Below are positions 9,510-19,370 of a stretch of DNA of 64,000 bases, piece after piece. Each line of letters starts with the position of its first letter. The stretch's first letter is position 1. The notes below the pieces were generated by a model. It had not been told where the DNA came from. It searched no databases and saw only the letters and a program-made list of their open reading frames with translations. Made by a program: the position numbers and the translations under genes. The stretch covers positions 1-64,000 of IMG/VR virus record IMGVR_UViG_3300037470_000577, one strand, 5' to 3'. This DNA is from a virus (lineage: Duplodnaviria; Caudoviricetes).

Positions 9510-10305
9510 GGAGAGACTGTAAAGCGTCTCTGGCACATTTACAATTTATCCTTTGAACTCTTGAAGATTTAACCCGCTAGTGGAGTAGACTGCGCAGCAT
9601 TTAGCTCTAGCTGGCTAGTCGCTGGTAAAGATAGCTGGCTTATGGCTGTATGTGCGTGCGGGGATTGTCGAGACAGCGTTCAGGGGATAATACATTAGGT
9701 TAGAAACGCTTTCGGCCGTTTGCCTGTTCCAATCGTACCAGCGAACGGAACAGGAACCCCAAACAGCCACCTAAAGCAAAATCTTTCCAGCAATCAGGCT
9801 AAATTACTGCCAGGCGCGATCAAGGCTTACGTCATGATTCTAGCAGGAAAAGCCACCAACGAACAGCAAGCCACCATACCGGAAGGTAAGCGACTCGCCC
9901 AAACTCTATAAGCCAATAGAGAGAAGCCAGCCGCAAGCCAGAGTACGGACACCGTGAGAACCATGGCTAGGTGCTTTCATTGCGATTGCAACCATTAGAA
10001 CGGCCGGGAGAGCTTAGCATCTTTTCCCGGCCGTTCTAATCCAACGCTAGAACGCCCGTTCTATAGTACTCTGGTACTATTTGCTTTGGTGGGATTATGA
10101 CCCGCCAAAAATTTGCCGCGTCCCAGGCCCAAAACCGTCTATAAGGCGATTTCGGGCAGACTGAGCAAAATATTTTCCCCGCGCTCACTTTTCCATCCCG
10201 AAAGTGACTCGCCGAAGGAGGAGGAATTTACACCCCCCCCCCTTCGGCGGAGCATTTCCGCGTCCCAGGCCGGATTAGGCCAAATTAACCGAAAGGAGAA
10301 TAAAC

Positions 10306-10740
10306 ATGTCACATAAAGTAACCGTATCCGAATTGCAAGCACAGCTTGCAGAACAGCGCAAGCAGATTGATGAGTTACGCTTGCAGGTATCCGCCCCCAA
10401 GAAGGCTCGCGCCAAGAAAAGTCAGTGGTTCCGGGTAGTTAATGCCAAATCACCCCTGCGCGTTATCGGCGTCGCAGCTTCCGCCCTCGGCATGGACTTT
10501 GTCCAGCGGGTCAACGACCTGCCCATAGGCGAGTCCCTGGCCGTACCAACGGCCGACGCCGCCAAACTCTTGAACAAGAGTTTCCCGCAGTCCGGTTTCC
10601 GGGGCGAGTGGGACGCAGCCACCCGCACCATGACCTACACCCACATTGGCAGTAAATCCGGCAAAACGCCCGCTAACGGCGCAATTATTGCCGTCACTGT
10701 TCCCGTCAAGGGAGCGCGTACCGTTACCCGCCTTGCTTAG
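10306..10740 (+). CDS. hypothetical early protein
   Basis: AAAGGAGAATAAAC RBS; 144 aa with N-terminal coiled coil. Confidence 0.7.
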   Translation: MSHKVTVSELQAQLAEQRKQIDELRLQVSAPKKARAKKSQWFRVVNAKSPLRVIGVAASALGMDFVQRVNDLPIGESLAVPTADAAKLLNKSFPQSGFRGEWDAATRTMTYTHIGSKSGKTPANGAIIAVTVPVKGARTVTRLA

Positions 10741-10808
10741 TAATCTTATCGTTTCACTCGCCCCGGACTCTCCGGGGCCAAAAACCCCCAAAGGAGTAAA
10801 TAAACATC

Positions 10809-10940
10809 ATGGAAGAACTAATCGGCACTATCGCATTAACTATTCTGGGCGCGGCCGTCCTCGTCATTCTGGCCCTCGTCTTTGACATCATCACAATGGA
10901 ACAAATCAATCACGCCCTCGACTTTCTGAGTGCAATTTAA
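10809..10940 (+). CDS. 43-aa membrane peptide
   Basis: AAAGGAG RBS; LIGTIALTILGAAVLVILALVF hydrophobic helix. Confidence 0.6.
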   Translation: MEELIGTIALTILGAAVLVILALVFDIITMEQINHALDFLSAI

Positions 10941-10961
10941 CGATTAAAGGGGAGCCAATAC

Positions 10962-11033
10962 GCCCTATCCGGGAACCGCACCTACATGTAGGTCAACGGG
11001 GATGAAAGAGGGGTTCGAGTCCCCTCATGGGCA
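10962..11033 (+). ncRNA. degenerate tRNA-like element
   Basis: 72 nt; perfect T-arm AGGGG-TTCGAGT-CCCCT; partial acceptor GCCC/GGGC-A; anticodon-position hairpin ACCT-ACATGT-AGGT; no proper D-arm or CCA. Confidence 0.45.
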
Positions 11034-11108
11034 CATATCCCTGCGGCCTGCCCCGAAGTTTATTCGGGGAGCGTCCCAGGGAATAAACTATCAGCAAGGA
11101 GAATAGAC

Positions 11109-12405
11109 ATGAGCGATAAAGAATTAGCCGAATTACTGGACGAGTTGGACATAGACCTGGGTGACGACGATAAGAGTTACGAGGGCTTTGAGCGTTATGG
11201 GGTGAATCCGCCCGATAACGCCTATCCCTTTCCCTGGGGATAGTCTGACCGGTTACTTAGCCCGCCGTGTAGCGGCAGCGCAATCGCTGGGACAGCCCCA
11301 CCGCCTGACCGTCTGGTTAGATGAGTGGCGCATTAAAAACCCCCGTCCCAGGGGGGGAACCAATGTAAAATGAGTGTAATTTCAGACAGTCGGAGAGACG
11401 ACAAAGGAGAAAATGTGTTAGTTTTTATTGACGCCCCCAGCTTCGAGGTAGATGCCGAAGGAATAGCCGCGATGAGACTGCGGGAACAAGCCTTTCGAGA
11501 GTTCCTGGAGGGGCTGGCCGATGAACTTAACAGCAGTTTAGATGGCTTTCAAGTTCGCCTGACCCATCTCGATACCGACGATTATCTTGAGTTTGTTCCC
11601 GTAGAGTAATCTCCCCTTCCAGCCGCGCCCGGCACTCAGAGTGCTTGGGAAAAGCGCCGCAGCGACAGGCTTACAAGAGTAAGCGCGACGGCCGGGAAAG
11701 AATCGCCTCAGCGATGCCTACATTTAGTAGGCTGTAAATTAGACGGCCCGGCGGTTCCGGGATATGGAGAAAGTGAAATGTCAACAAAAGCCTTTTTGAA
11801 TACATGTAAGAAAATTGCGCCCGCTCTGGAAAAAGCCGGGCGGAGTGACTTGGCGGAAAAGTTCCGCCGGGTTACGGCCGAAACCACCAACCTGGACATC
11901 TTTGGTGGAGCAGGCCACGCCAAAGATGTCGCACTTGCCCGCGCTGCCATTCGGGGGTTAAAGTCGGACAGTCCGGGGGAACTCTCCCTGGCGATTGATA
12001 GAGCCACTGTCCTCGTGATGCCGTACGGAGGCGGCGGGTCGGAGCGGTACATCCGCCATGTTCGGGCGATTCGCCCCGCATAGTCGATAGATTCCCCGCC
12101 CTGGGTACGGCCGAAAACTGCCCTCAGATTATCAATTGTTAAAGTACCAGCCCGGCCCCCCAAAAAAATCTTCACGCCGCGTGAAGATTAGCGGCGTATA
12201 ATACCCCTACAAATAGGCCGAAAGGCAAAGGAGAAAACCAATGAGCGAGATTAAGTGGAGCGGCCCTGGTTGGTACGCCGCCGAGCGCGGTGGGTGTGTC
12301 AGCCGCATTGCCCGTCACCTGGGCCAAAATGGGCTGGCTGCCGTGCAAGGCATCGCCCGCGCCTACGGTATGAGCGATGTTAGATGGCTGGAGAGTGAGC
12401 GATGA
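11109..12405 (+). CDS. four small early ORFs (11109-11243, 11370-11609, 11778-12083, 12241-12405)
   Basis: Most have a GGAG-type RBS; separated by hairpin-rich spacers. Confidence 0.55.
12167..12189. promoter_or_regulatory. palindromic box TTCACGC-C-GCGTGAA (intergenic copy, arms extended to 11 bp)
   Basis: AATCTTCACGCCGCGTGAAGATT; the core recurs at 16733, 18376, 31938, 41156, 51628 and 63405. Confidence 0.75.
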
Positions 12406-13716
12406 ACTACACGATTGATTTTATTCCCAATCACGAGGGCGCTACCAGAGGTACGCTCTGTATCCGTGATGATTGGCCCATGACCGACCGGCCCGTCATT
12501 CTACGCCTCTGGTCACGCATCAGCAGCAACGCTCGTCTTTCCGAGGTGGAAACCTGGATCGGGCAGCCGGTACAACGGGTTGGCCCCGGACTGTATGAGT
12601 GGTATGGGGGCATGAGACCGCTGCGGTTCCGATTGGAGCATGGCGGCGAGACCATCGCCTTCAAGACCCAGGAGATTGAAGTACCTCCGCCAAAAACCAG
12701 AGTAGAGACCCGTTGGGCTTACGGCGGCTATTGGGAGAAGTATCTCAAGAGCAAGGGCTGGGTGAAGGCATGAGCCAACAATGTTGTGTTGTGATTACGG
12801 GCCGTTTGATAACTATGTCTCGGCCCACGATTTAACTAACCATATCGAACTGGTTGGGTTGGGTGAGTCATCCCTGCTTAATAAGTGCTGGCAGGAGCAA
12901 GGGCCTGAACCAACCGTGTCCGATTTTCCAGAGACTTTGCAAGTCGATATTCGATGGTTTAGAGGGAAGCCAGGAGAAACAAAGTGAACAACGTTAAGAA
13001 ATTACAGGCGGGCGGTTTCCGCCTCTCGTACAACTATTGCCGCATCTGCGGGCGAACGCCCCAGACAAATCTAGATGAGGCCAACTATGCGCCGGTGCGA
13101 TTCTGGGACCCGGACGATGGGTTTGTGATCGGAACCCTTTGCCGCTGGTGTATCGAGGCGTCGGGCGATGCTCAGCCCCACCCCGACGACTACGCTCACG
13201 AAGATACCAACGGCGTGTGTGACGCCGAAGATACGGACGAGGATGCAACGGAGGCGCTGTATGGATACTAAGTTCATTATCAGGAGTATATCCAGGAGAG
13301 AGTTGGCCGAACTAATGGATTACTCTGAGGAGCAGGTTCTATCCCTAAGTGACGAGAACATGACTTATATCGCCGAGTGTATGGAAGATTTCCAACGCTT
13401 TGATTATTTATATGCGCTTGGTCGCATCACCGATAGAGTGATTGAGGAGAATAAGCGGAAAGACCGTACCCGTAATGAGATAGTGGCGGAGTTAGCGGCC
13501 CAAGCAAGCGGCAACACGGCCAGGGCCGTCATTGCTGAGGCGCTTCGCATTGGATACCTGGGAAGCAAAACATCCTTTGCCCTGGAAGAACGGCTTCGGC
13601 ACTGCCGGAGCATTCCTGAATTTATTGACGAAGTTGCCGCCGTATGGGACGGCAACGATTATTTAGCTGGAGCGCGGAAAGCGGCGCACCTGCTGGTACA
13701 TGGAGAACGGACGTGA
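12402..13716 (+). CDS. hypothetical ORFs (12402-12773, 12781-12987, 12984-13271 with CxxC..CxxC, 13261-13716)
   Basis: Coupled or near-coupled + strand ORFs. Confidence 0.55.
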
Positions 13717-14183
13717 ACAAACTTGTATCTGTTGATGATGAACTATATCTGGTTCAGACCGTCGATGAGTCCACACTGGCCTGGTTTAGTAAGTTAGACA
13801 GCGGCTCAGTAGGTAAGCCATTTTTCTATGACCGTAAGTTGAGCGGCATTGTCCTGGTGAATGCCTACAGCAATCTTATCCCCGTTACAACGGACGGTCC
13901 CGTGTCCCGTGACGAGCATTTTGCCCGCATCAACACCTACCCGTCTCGGCCCGTTGTAGGCGAACGGTGGGAGATAGGCGAAGAGGATTACTTCTATTTC
14001 CTGGAAGTATTGCCACCCATGCGCTGGCGGCGTATTCCGGGCGGCTCTTCGTTCTGCATGAGCGAGTTTCAGGTGGGCAATATCACCAGTCAGTACAGCG
14101 AAGAGAATGGCCGCTACTTCCACGAGTTTGTGGAGTTGGATAGTGGGGCGAAGGGTAAGTGGGAGGTGGAATATTATGGATAG
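13713..14183 (+). CDS. DUF1419-like protein
   Basis: GERWEIGEEDYFYFLEVLPP...FCMSEF..GNITS....RYFH resembles the DUF1419 consensus as I recall it. Confidence 0.55.
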   Translation: MNKLVSVDDELYLVQTVDESTLAWFSKLDSGSVGKPFFYDRKLSGIVLVNAYSNLIPVTTDGPVSRDEHFARINTYPSRPVVGERWEIGEEDYFYFLEVLPPMRWRRIPGGSSFCMSEFQVGNITSQYSEENGRYFHEFVELDSGAKGKWEVEYYG

Positions 14184-15145
14184 CGGATTACTCCAAGTCG
14201 GTAGCGAGTTAGAGTGTTCCGTCACCCTCTTTGACCACAGCAAGAAAGCAACGGAGGAATACACCTGCACCCTGGCTGGTAAGGTCGCCTCTTTCGATGT
14301 GTATGAGGGTCGGCAAGTAGTCCTGGTGGAAGGGACGGCCGCTTCCAGACTTGGCCCTGTTCCCTTGCACGGGTGGTATTACGTGGATGATATAAACAGG
14401 GATGAGAACAAACCTGTTCACCAATTGAGTTTATTTTAAGGAGAATAGTCAATGAATAGAGTGACGGAAGTGGCATGGGATTTGGATGACCCAAAAGTTC
14501 GTGAAGATTTGCGGTTGTTTCCCCTTGCCGTTGAATCTGGATGGGAGGCCCGTACAAACGGGCCTGTTATAAATGGATTACCGCACAGTCCGATCAAGTA
14601 CGTGCGTGGAACCACGACGCTTTGGAACTCAAGCGTACTGCACTGGCCGACCGGAAAGTATAGTTACCAGTGGACGGCAGGCGATATAGTGGGCGGTCGG
14701 TATGACCATCGCAACTATCGCCACTACATTTCCCTTGAAGAAGCATTAGAGCAGGAGGGCAAGCATGAAATACCTGAATGATTACATTGACGACCAGATG
14801 AGCGAGATTTGGGCCAGGCACGGCGCGTTCTTTGCCTTCTCGGACAAGCAGTTCTTTGAGAAAGCCAAAGAGGAGCATCGCCCCTACATCAACCTGGGCA
14901 TGGGTCTGATTTGCCCCCAGGAAATGGCAGTGCAGATGGTGGCCGAAATAGACACTGTGATTGAGGCCGGTATCGCCCAGGACATTGCCGAGAATGGCCT
15001 GGAAGCCATTATCCGACGCGAGTTAGACAACCACGAATGCTATTACTCCGGTGATGTAAAGCCGGTCGTTGAGAAGCTACGTGAATATCCCGGCATAGAA
15101 AGCGAGATGATCTATGCGGTCTATCGGAAGGGAGGCGGGGCATGA
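14176..15145 (+). CDS. three hypothetical ORFs (14176-14439, 14452-14781, 14765-15145)
   Basis: RBS and overlaps; the last has an FFAFS.KQF...EL.NHE.YY.GD motif common in phage/ICE small proteins. Confidence 0.6.
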
Positions 15146-15235
15146 TACCTGGAACTGCAATCGTTATCGTTGTTGGCCTCATCCTCATCATCGGATGCGG
15201 CATAGCCATAATCTTATTACTGTAAGGAGAAAAAT

Positions 15236-15751
15236 ATGAACACCGTAACAATTAACCTGACAAAAGAAGAAGCCTTGCTGGTCAAGTGGGTGATGAAGGC
15301 GGCATCAACAGACGACAGCCGCCCGACACTGTGCTACATGAATGTCGAGGACGACTACCTGGTGGCGACCAACGGCTTTGTCCTCTCGGCCGTACCAACG
15401 CCGGTGTCACTGCGTCCCCACATCGGCAAACATATGCGTCCGATTAAAGCGCCCGGCGCGGGCCTAAATCTCTTCGAGGTGGACGAGGATGGCAGCTATC
15501 CCAACTGGCGAGCTATGATGCCGGACGAGGCTGTTGCGGCCGACCGGATTGTATCGGGCCGTGAATTGGCCCGCCTCTTACCCCTGAACGGCATGGGCAG
15601 CGGCTATATGTCCATCCGCTATCACGATAACGAGGGCGCTCCCATCACCATCTCTGCTCCACACGGCTTCTCGGTAATTATGCCGGTCAGCACGGGCAAA
15701 GGCTATAAAGACGAGTGGCAGACCCCGCCAGGAGAAAACAACAATGAATAA
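15236..15751 (+). CDS. truncated DNA polymerase III beta-clamp-like protein
   Basis: AASTDDSRPTL......LVATNGFVL and G.YPNWR.MMP, resembling clamp domain II motifs; only 171 aa. Confidence 0.55.
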   Translation: MNTVTINLTKEEALLVKWVMKAASTDDSRPTLCYMNVEDDYLVATNGFVLSAVPTPVSLRPHIGKHMRPIKAPGAGLNLFEVDEDGSYPNWRAMMPDEAVAADRIVSGRELARLLPLNGMGSGYMSIRYHDNEGAPITISAPHGFSVIMPVSTGKGYKDEWQTPPGENNNE

Positions 15752-15771
15752 GTATCAGGAGAGAAGGGCTG

Positions 15772-16134
15772 ATGTTCTGTCTGTGGCACGGGAGGTGTTT
15801 GGTGGCTACGGTTGAACGGGTAGACCTGCTTACGACGCTTGAGATAATAGCCTTTGGGCTGCGAACGGGTTGGTATGCTGGGCTGTACCGCTTTGATATG
15901 TCGTACTGGCGGGAAGAGGATGAGGACGGCGGCTGGATTGGCGGGCTGGCAGCCTGGTACGATTGGTGTTTCCCCAATCGATTGTCCCTAACCTGGACGC
16001 TGCCCAACGATAACTTTATTAATCTGGCCGAACATTTCCTCCTCACCTTTGAGGAGGCGGTCTATATCTTCAACTACTACCCGGCAGATGACATTGCCTC
16101 TGTTATGGGCAGAGTGAAGGAGGTATTCAAATGA
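15772..16134 (+). CDS. hypothetical protein
   Basis: GGAG RBS; 120 aa. Confidence 0.5.
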   Translation: MFCLWHGRCLVATVERVDLLTTLEIIAFGLRTGWYAGLYRFDMSYWREEDEDGGWIGGLAAWYDWCFPNRLSLTWTLPNDNFINLAEHFLLTFEEAVYIFNYYPADDIASVMGRVKEVFK

Positions 16135-16200
16135 GTAAATGATTAAGGCATGGGGATTTATCGTTGCAAAATTTTGATGTACCCCCCATATTACCATATG

Positions 16201-16247
16201 GATACTTATAAATATATGTCCCTTAAAGACATATATTTATAAGTATC
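16201..16247. repeat. AT-rich inverted repeat, conserved-loop hairpin copy 2 (reverse orientation)
   Basis: GATACTTATAAATATATGTC-CCTTAAA-GACATATATTTATAAGTATC, perfect 20-bp stem. Confidence 0.9.
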
Positions 16248-16307
16248 AACTGTTTTAACATTGTTAATATATATAATATCGCGCGTGTGCGTGGGAGAAC
16301 AAAATGA

Positions 16308-17295
16308 GTGCTTATGTGTCAACAGAAAATGGACGGCTGTCGAACGGCCTTGTTAGACGAGACCTGGAAAAGGATGGTCGGGTTATTATGGTCGGCACTC
16401 CGATTGAAACCGGTAAGTATGTCAGAGAAGTTATGCAGCCCGGAGATACCTTCCAGGAGGTGGCCCGTGAAATACGTAGTTAAGGAACGGGGGTACTTTC
16501 CCGGTAAGGCACTCTTTGCCAGAACCGAGTTGTGGATAGATGGAAAGTTGGAGATGATGGCCTCTTCTCTGTTCGTGGACGAATACCCGCGAGCCAATAT
16601 GGAGTCGGGCGACACCTGTTACTTCTCTGGCGAAGCACACGCCACCAGCTATGAGGAGATGCAGATTCAGTGGGCCAAGTCAGACGCTTTTATGCGGGGA
16701 GACTATTGATGTATGCCGAACTCGATGCCCTCTTCACTCCGCGTGAACTTTCTGACATCGCTGAGCGGGAAGCCTGTCACCTGCTGCGCCTCCAACACGA
16801 AGCCGCACTATACCGCCTAGACATCTGCCACTCGCTGCTGGATGAGGCCGGGATAGAAACTGGCCCCGACATCACACAGCGGGTAGCAACGTTGGTGGGC
16901 CGCTACCTGGCGGCCCTCTAAACAGGCTAGAATTAAGCCGTAGTAAGCCGTACAGTCGGAACGCTTGCATTATGCGAGAAAATAACCAAACGCCCCACAG
17001 CGGGCAAATTTAGTGAAGAAGAAAAGTTACAGCAAATTCCCGCACTTGTATGCGACGAGTTATCTGATACTGACCTCAATAATGCTGTTATAGGAGAATA
17101 ACAATGAACACCGATGATCTTATGGAAAAGGCAAGGCAGTACATAATGGGAAGCAGGGGGGTAGGATACTATCCTGACCGGGCGCAGATTTTCGCCCTAC
17201 TTGCCATTGCCAACGAACTCAAGCGAGCCAACGACATAGAGACGGCCTTATTTGAGTACAAGAACAATCACAAACTCCCAACTAAAAGGTACTAA
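16308..17295 (+). CDS. three hypothetical ORFs (16308-16709, about 16709-16921, 17104-17295)
   Basis: + strand ORFs with RBS; exact starts uncertain. Confidence 0.5.
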
Positions 17296-17297
17296 CA

Positions 17298-17786
17298 ATG
17301 TTAACCATAGAGAGAACAAACAAGGGCTTACTGGTAGCCAACGGCCAGCCCTTAGCCTTCTTCGATACCGAGGAAGAGGCGGAGGCGGCGCTGCTCTGGC
17401 GGGGAACGTTGGTGCAGGCTGCGGCCCATCGCGTCTATCTGATTCACAGCGATAAGAAGATAGGTCGGGAGCAGACCGATACCGAGCGGGAGGAGAATGG
17501 TCACGGCCCAAGAGTGAGGCGATACGATGGCCCCCACGCTTCTCACTACGTCGGGTATACAACTGGCGATGTGGACGGGCGGCTGGAGAAGCATCTCAGA
17601 GGCTATGGCTGCCCCTACACCCGTCTCTTGTTGCAGGGCGGCGGCTACCTGGTGCGGGTCTGGTTTGCCGGATACCTGTTCGAGAATTACTTGAAGAATA
17701 GTTACAAGAAAACGCCCAACCTCTGCCCGGTCTGTAATCCGGCAGCGGCGGGCTATTTACCCTACCCAGGAGAGATATTAGCATGA
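17298..17786 (+). CDS. GIY-YIG-like endonuclease
   Basis: RVYLIH ... HYVGYT..DV..RL..H..G.G..YT.........LVRVW.....FE..LK......LCPVC. Confidence 0.7.
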   Translation: MLTIERTNKGLLVANGQPLAFFDTEEEAEAALLWRGTLVQAAAHRVYLIHSDKKIGREQTDTEREENGHGPRVRRYDGPHASHYVGYTTGDVDGRLEKHLRGYGCPYTRLLLQGGGYLVRVWFAGYLFENYLKNSYKKTPNLCPVCNPAAAGYLPYPGEILA

Positions 17787-18076
17787 AAATTGAATTGAGT
17801 GGCATTGAGTTTGTTCGTTCCCCGGTTCGGGATGCTTTGTTCGATCCATTCTTCGGCGGTTGGTACGACCTCGTTGAACCTGTGCCGTGCGTGATTAAGG
17901 GCGAGTTAGATGTGGGAGGCCGGTCGTTTCTCAATCAGCCAGCCCAGATTGTAGGGGTTGGTGAGCAGGATGTAATGATTGAGGTGGAATTCGGGATGGA
18001 GCGGCCCTGGTTTGGCCCTGGCCGTTATCTCTATGCCGATATGCAGGATTTAACTCTGGAGGCAGACAATGACTAA
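17783..18076 (+). CDS. hypothetical protein, VEPVPC/FGP.YLYA family copy 1
   Basis: YDLVEPVPC ... FGPGRYLYA. Confidence 0.7.
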   Translation: MKIELSGIEFVRSPVRDALFDPFFGGWYDLVEPVPCVIKGELDVGGRSFLNQPAQIVGVGEQDVMIEVEFGMERPWFGPGRYLYADMQDLTLEADND

Positions 18077-18368
18077 CCACACCCCCGGAAACTGGTATGA
18101 GTTTATTGATAAGGTGGGTGATGTCTATGTCTTGGCCGGTGATGCCAAGCCGGGCGAACACCACGCCTATTACATCGGTAACATGGAAGATACCTGCGGC
18201 GAGTGTCACGCCAACGCCGACCTCATGGCGGCCGGGCCTGATTTGCTGGAGGCTTGTGCAGCATTTATAGAGGCGTGGGAGAAGTCCCTGCAATTAGAAA
18301 AGACTGATGTGGCCCTGCGTTTAGCTCGCGCCGCTATTGCTAAAGCAAAAGGAGAAACAGATGATTAG
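18069..18368 (+). CDS. conserved phage protein (HTPGxW...ANAxLxAAxPDLLEA family)
   Basis: HTPGNW and ANADLMAAGPDLLEAC motifs. Confidence 0.7.
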   Translation: MTNHTPGNWYEFIDKVGDVYVLAGDAKPGEHHAYYIGNMEDTCGECHANADLMAAGPDLLEACAAFIEAWEKSLQLEKTDVALRLARAAIAKAKGETDD

Positions 18369-18401
18369 TAAAACCTTCACACCGCGTGAAAAAGGAGACA
18401 T

Positions 18402-18680
18402 ATGATGTTTAAGAAAACAGGTGAAATTATTAGAGATGTAATGGGAGTTTACGAGCGCGTTGAACCGGTTCCGTGTCGGTTCATATACAGAGATGCCAGA
18501 TACAGCAAAATTATTGGTCAGATGGTCAACATCATATCCGTTGGCAAGCGCGACCAAGTAGTTCTGGATATTGGCGGCGACAAGTCGGGTTGGGCGGACG
18601 AGAACTTTGGCCCCAACTACTATCTGTACGCCCTGAACAACGGCAACTGGTTTGAATTGATGGAGGAGGAAAATGTTTAG
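18402..18680 (+). CDS. hypothetical protein, VEPVPC/FGP.YLYA family copy 2
   Basis: YERVEPVPC ... FGPNYYLYA; palindromic box immediately upstream of the RBS. Confidence 0.7.
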   Translation: MMFKKTGEIIRDVMGVYERVEPVPCRFIYRDARYSKIIGQMVNIISVGKRDQVVLDIGGDKSGWADENFGPNYYLYALNNGNWFELMEEENV

Positions 18681-19137
18681 GAAAACGGGAAAGAAAGTTG
18701 TGGATGGGAGGAACGTATTCGAGATGGTCGAGCCGGTAAGCTGTGTTATTACCGGAAAAATCGACACCCTTTCTAATAGTAGTGTAGGAACGCGAGCCAC
18801 CGTCATTGCAGTCAGGAACGATTTTCATCTCGTCATCGAAACTGTGTTCGGCTGGGATGATGACAATTTCGGCCCCAACAAGTATCTCTACGCCACGACA
18901 GACAAGGTAGAAATAGAGTGGCCGGAGCCGGAAACGTTCAACGGCTACTCCGAAGCCTTTGCTATCGGGCAGGCCATGAGAACCTATGGCGGTTCATTCG
19001 TCAGCCACCTGGGTCAGGCTCTGCAATATGCCGACAGCGAGAACCAGGCCAAAATCAGGACAACGTGGCCGGAGTACTGGCAGCGGTATCTTGAGATGGC
19101 TCGCAAGATGGAGATGTTTCAGGAGGCATCAAAGTAA
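18673..19137 (+). CDS. VEPVPC/FGP.YLYA family copy 3, fused to a YGGSFV...WPEYW domain
   Basis: FEMVEPVSC ... FGPNKYLYA, then YGGSFVSHLGQAL..AD..N...I...WPEYW. Confidence 0.7.
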   Translation: MFRKTGKKVVDGRNVFEMVEPVSCVITGKIDTLSNSSVGTRATVIAVRNDFHLVIETVFGWDDDNFGPNKYLYATTDKVEIEWPEPETFNGYSEAFAIGQAMRTYGGSFVSHLGQALQYADSENQAKIRTTWPEYWQRYLEMARKMEMFQEASK

Positions 19138-19370
19138 TGGACAAGAAACATTGTATCGGTTGCAGGGATGATTACTACAATCACGACAACCGCTCTACTA
19201 CAGGCGAGTGTTGGCGACTAAGGGATGCCAGACTCGTTACTAAATATGCCATCGGTTGGTGGACGCCGATGGATGACGCCGATAACTTTACAAAAATACA
19301 GAAGCCCTCTTGTTACCATCAGCCTGGAACGATGGCTTACTTGGACGAGATGCCGGGGCATTTACAATGA
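19137..19370 (+). CDS. small Cys-rich hypothetical protein
   Basis: CIGC...CW; coupled. Confidence 0.55.
   Translation: MDKKHCIGCRDDYYNHDNRSTTGECWRLRDARLVTKYAIGWWTPMDDADNFTKIQKPSCYHQPGTMAYLDEMPGHLQ

Noticed and set aside
11632-11644. CIRCE-like GCACTC-A-GAGTGC
   Set aside because: Spacer is 1 nt rather than 9, and the TTA/TAA flanks are absent; treated as a simple hairpin
12171-12185. parS identity for the palindrome
   Set aside because: Canonical parS (TGTTTCACGTGAAACA) has no spacer between TTCAC and GTGAA, whereas these have 5 bp; no ParB in the window
9458-12240. Hammerhead or other self-cleaving ribozyme in the structured early spacers
   Set aside because: No CUGANGA...GAAA core in a three-stem context could be found by eye
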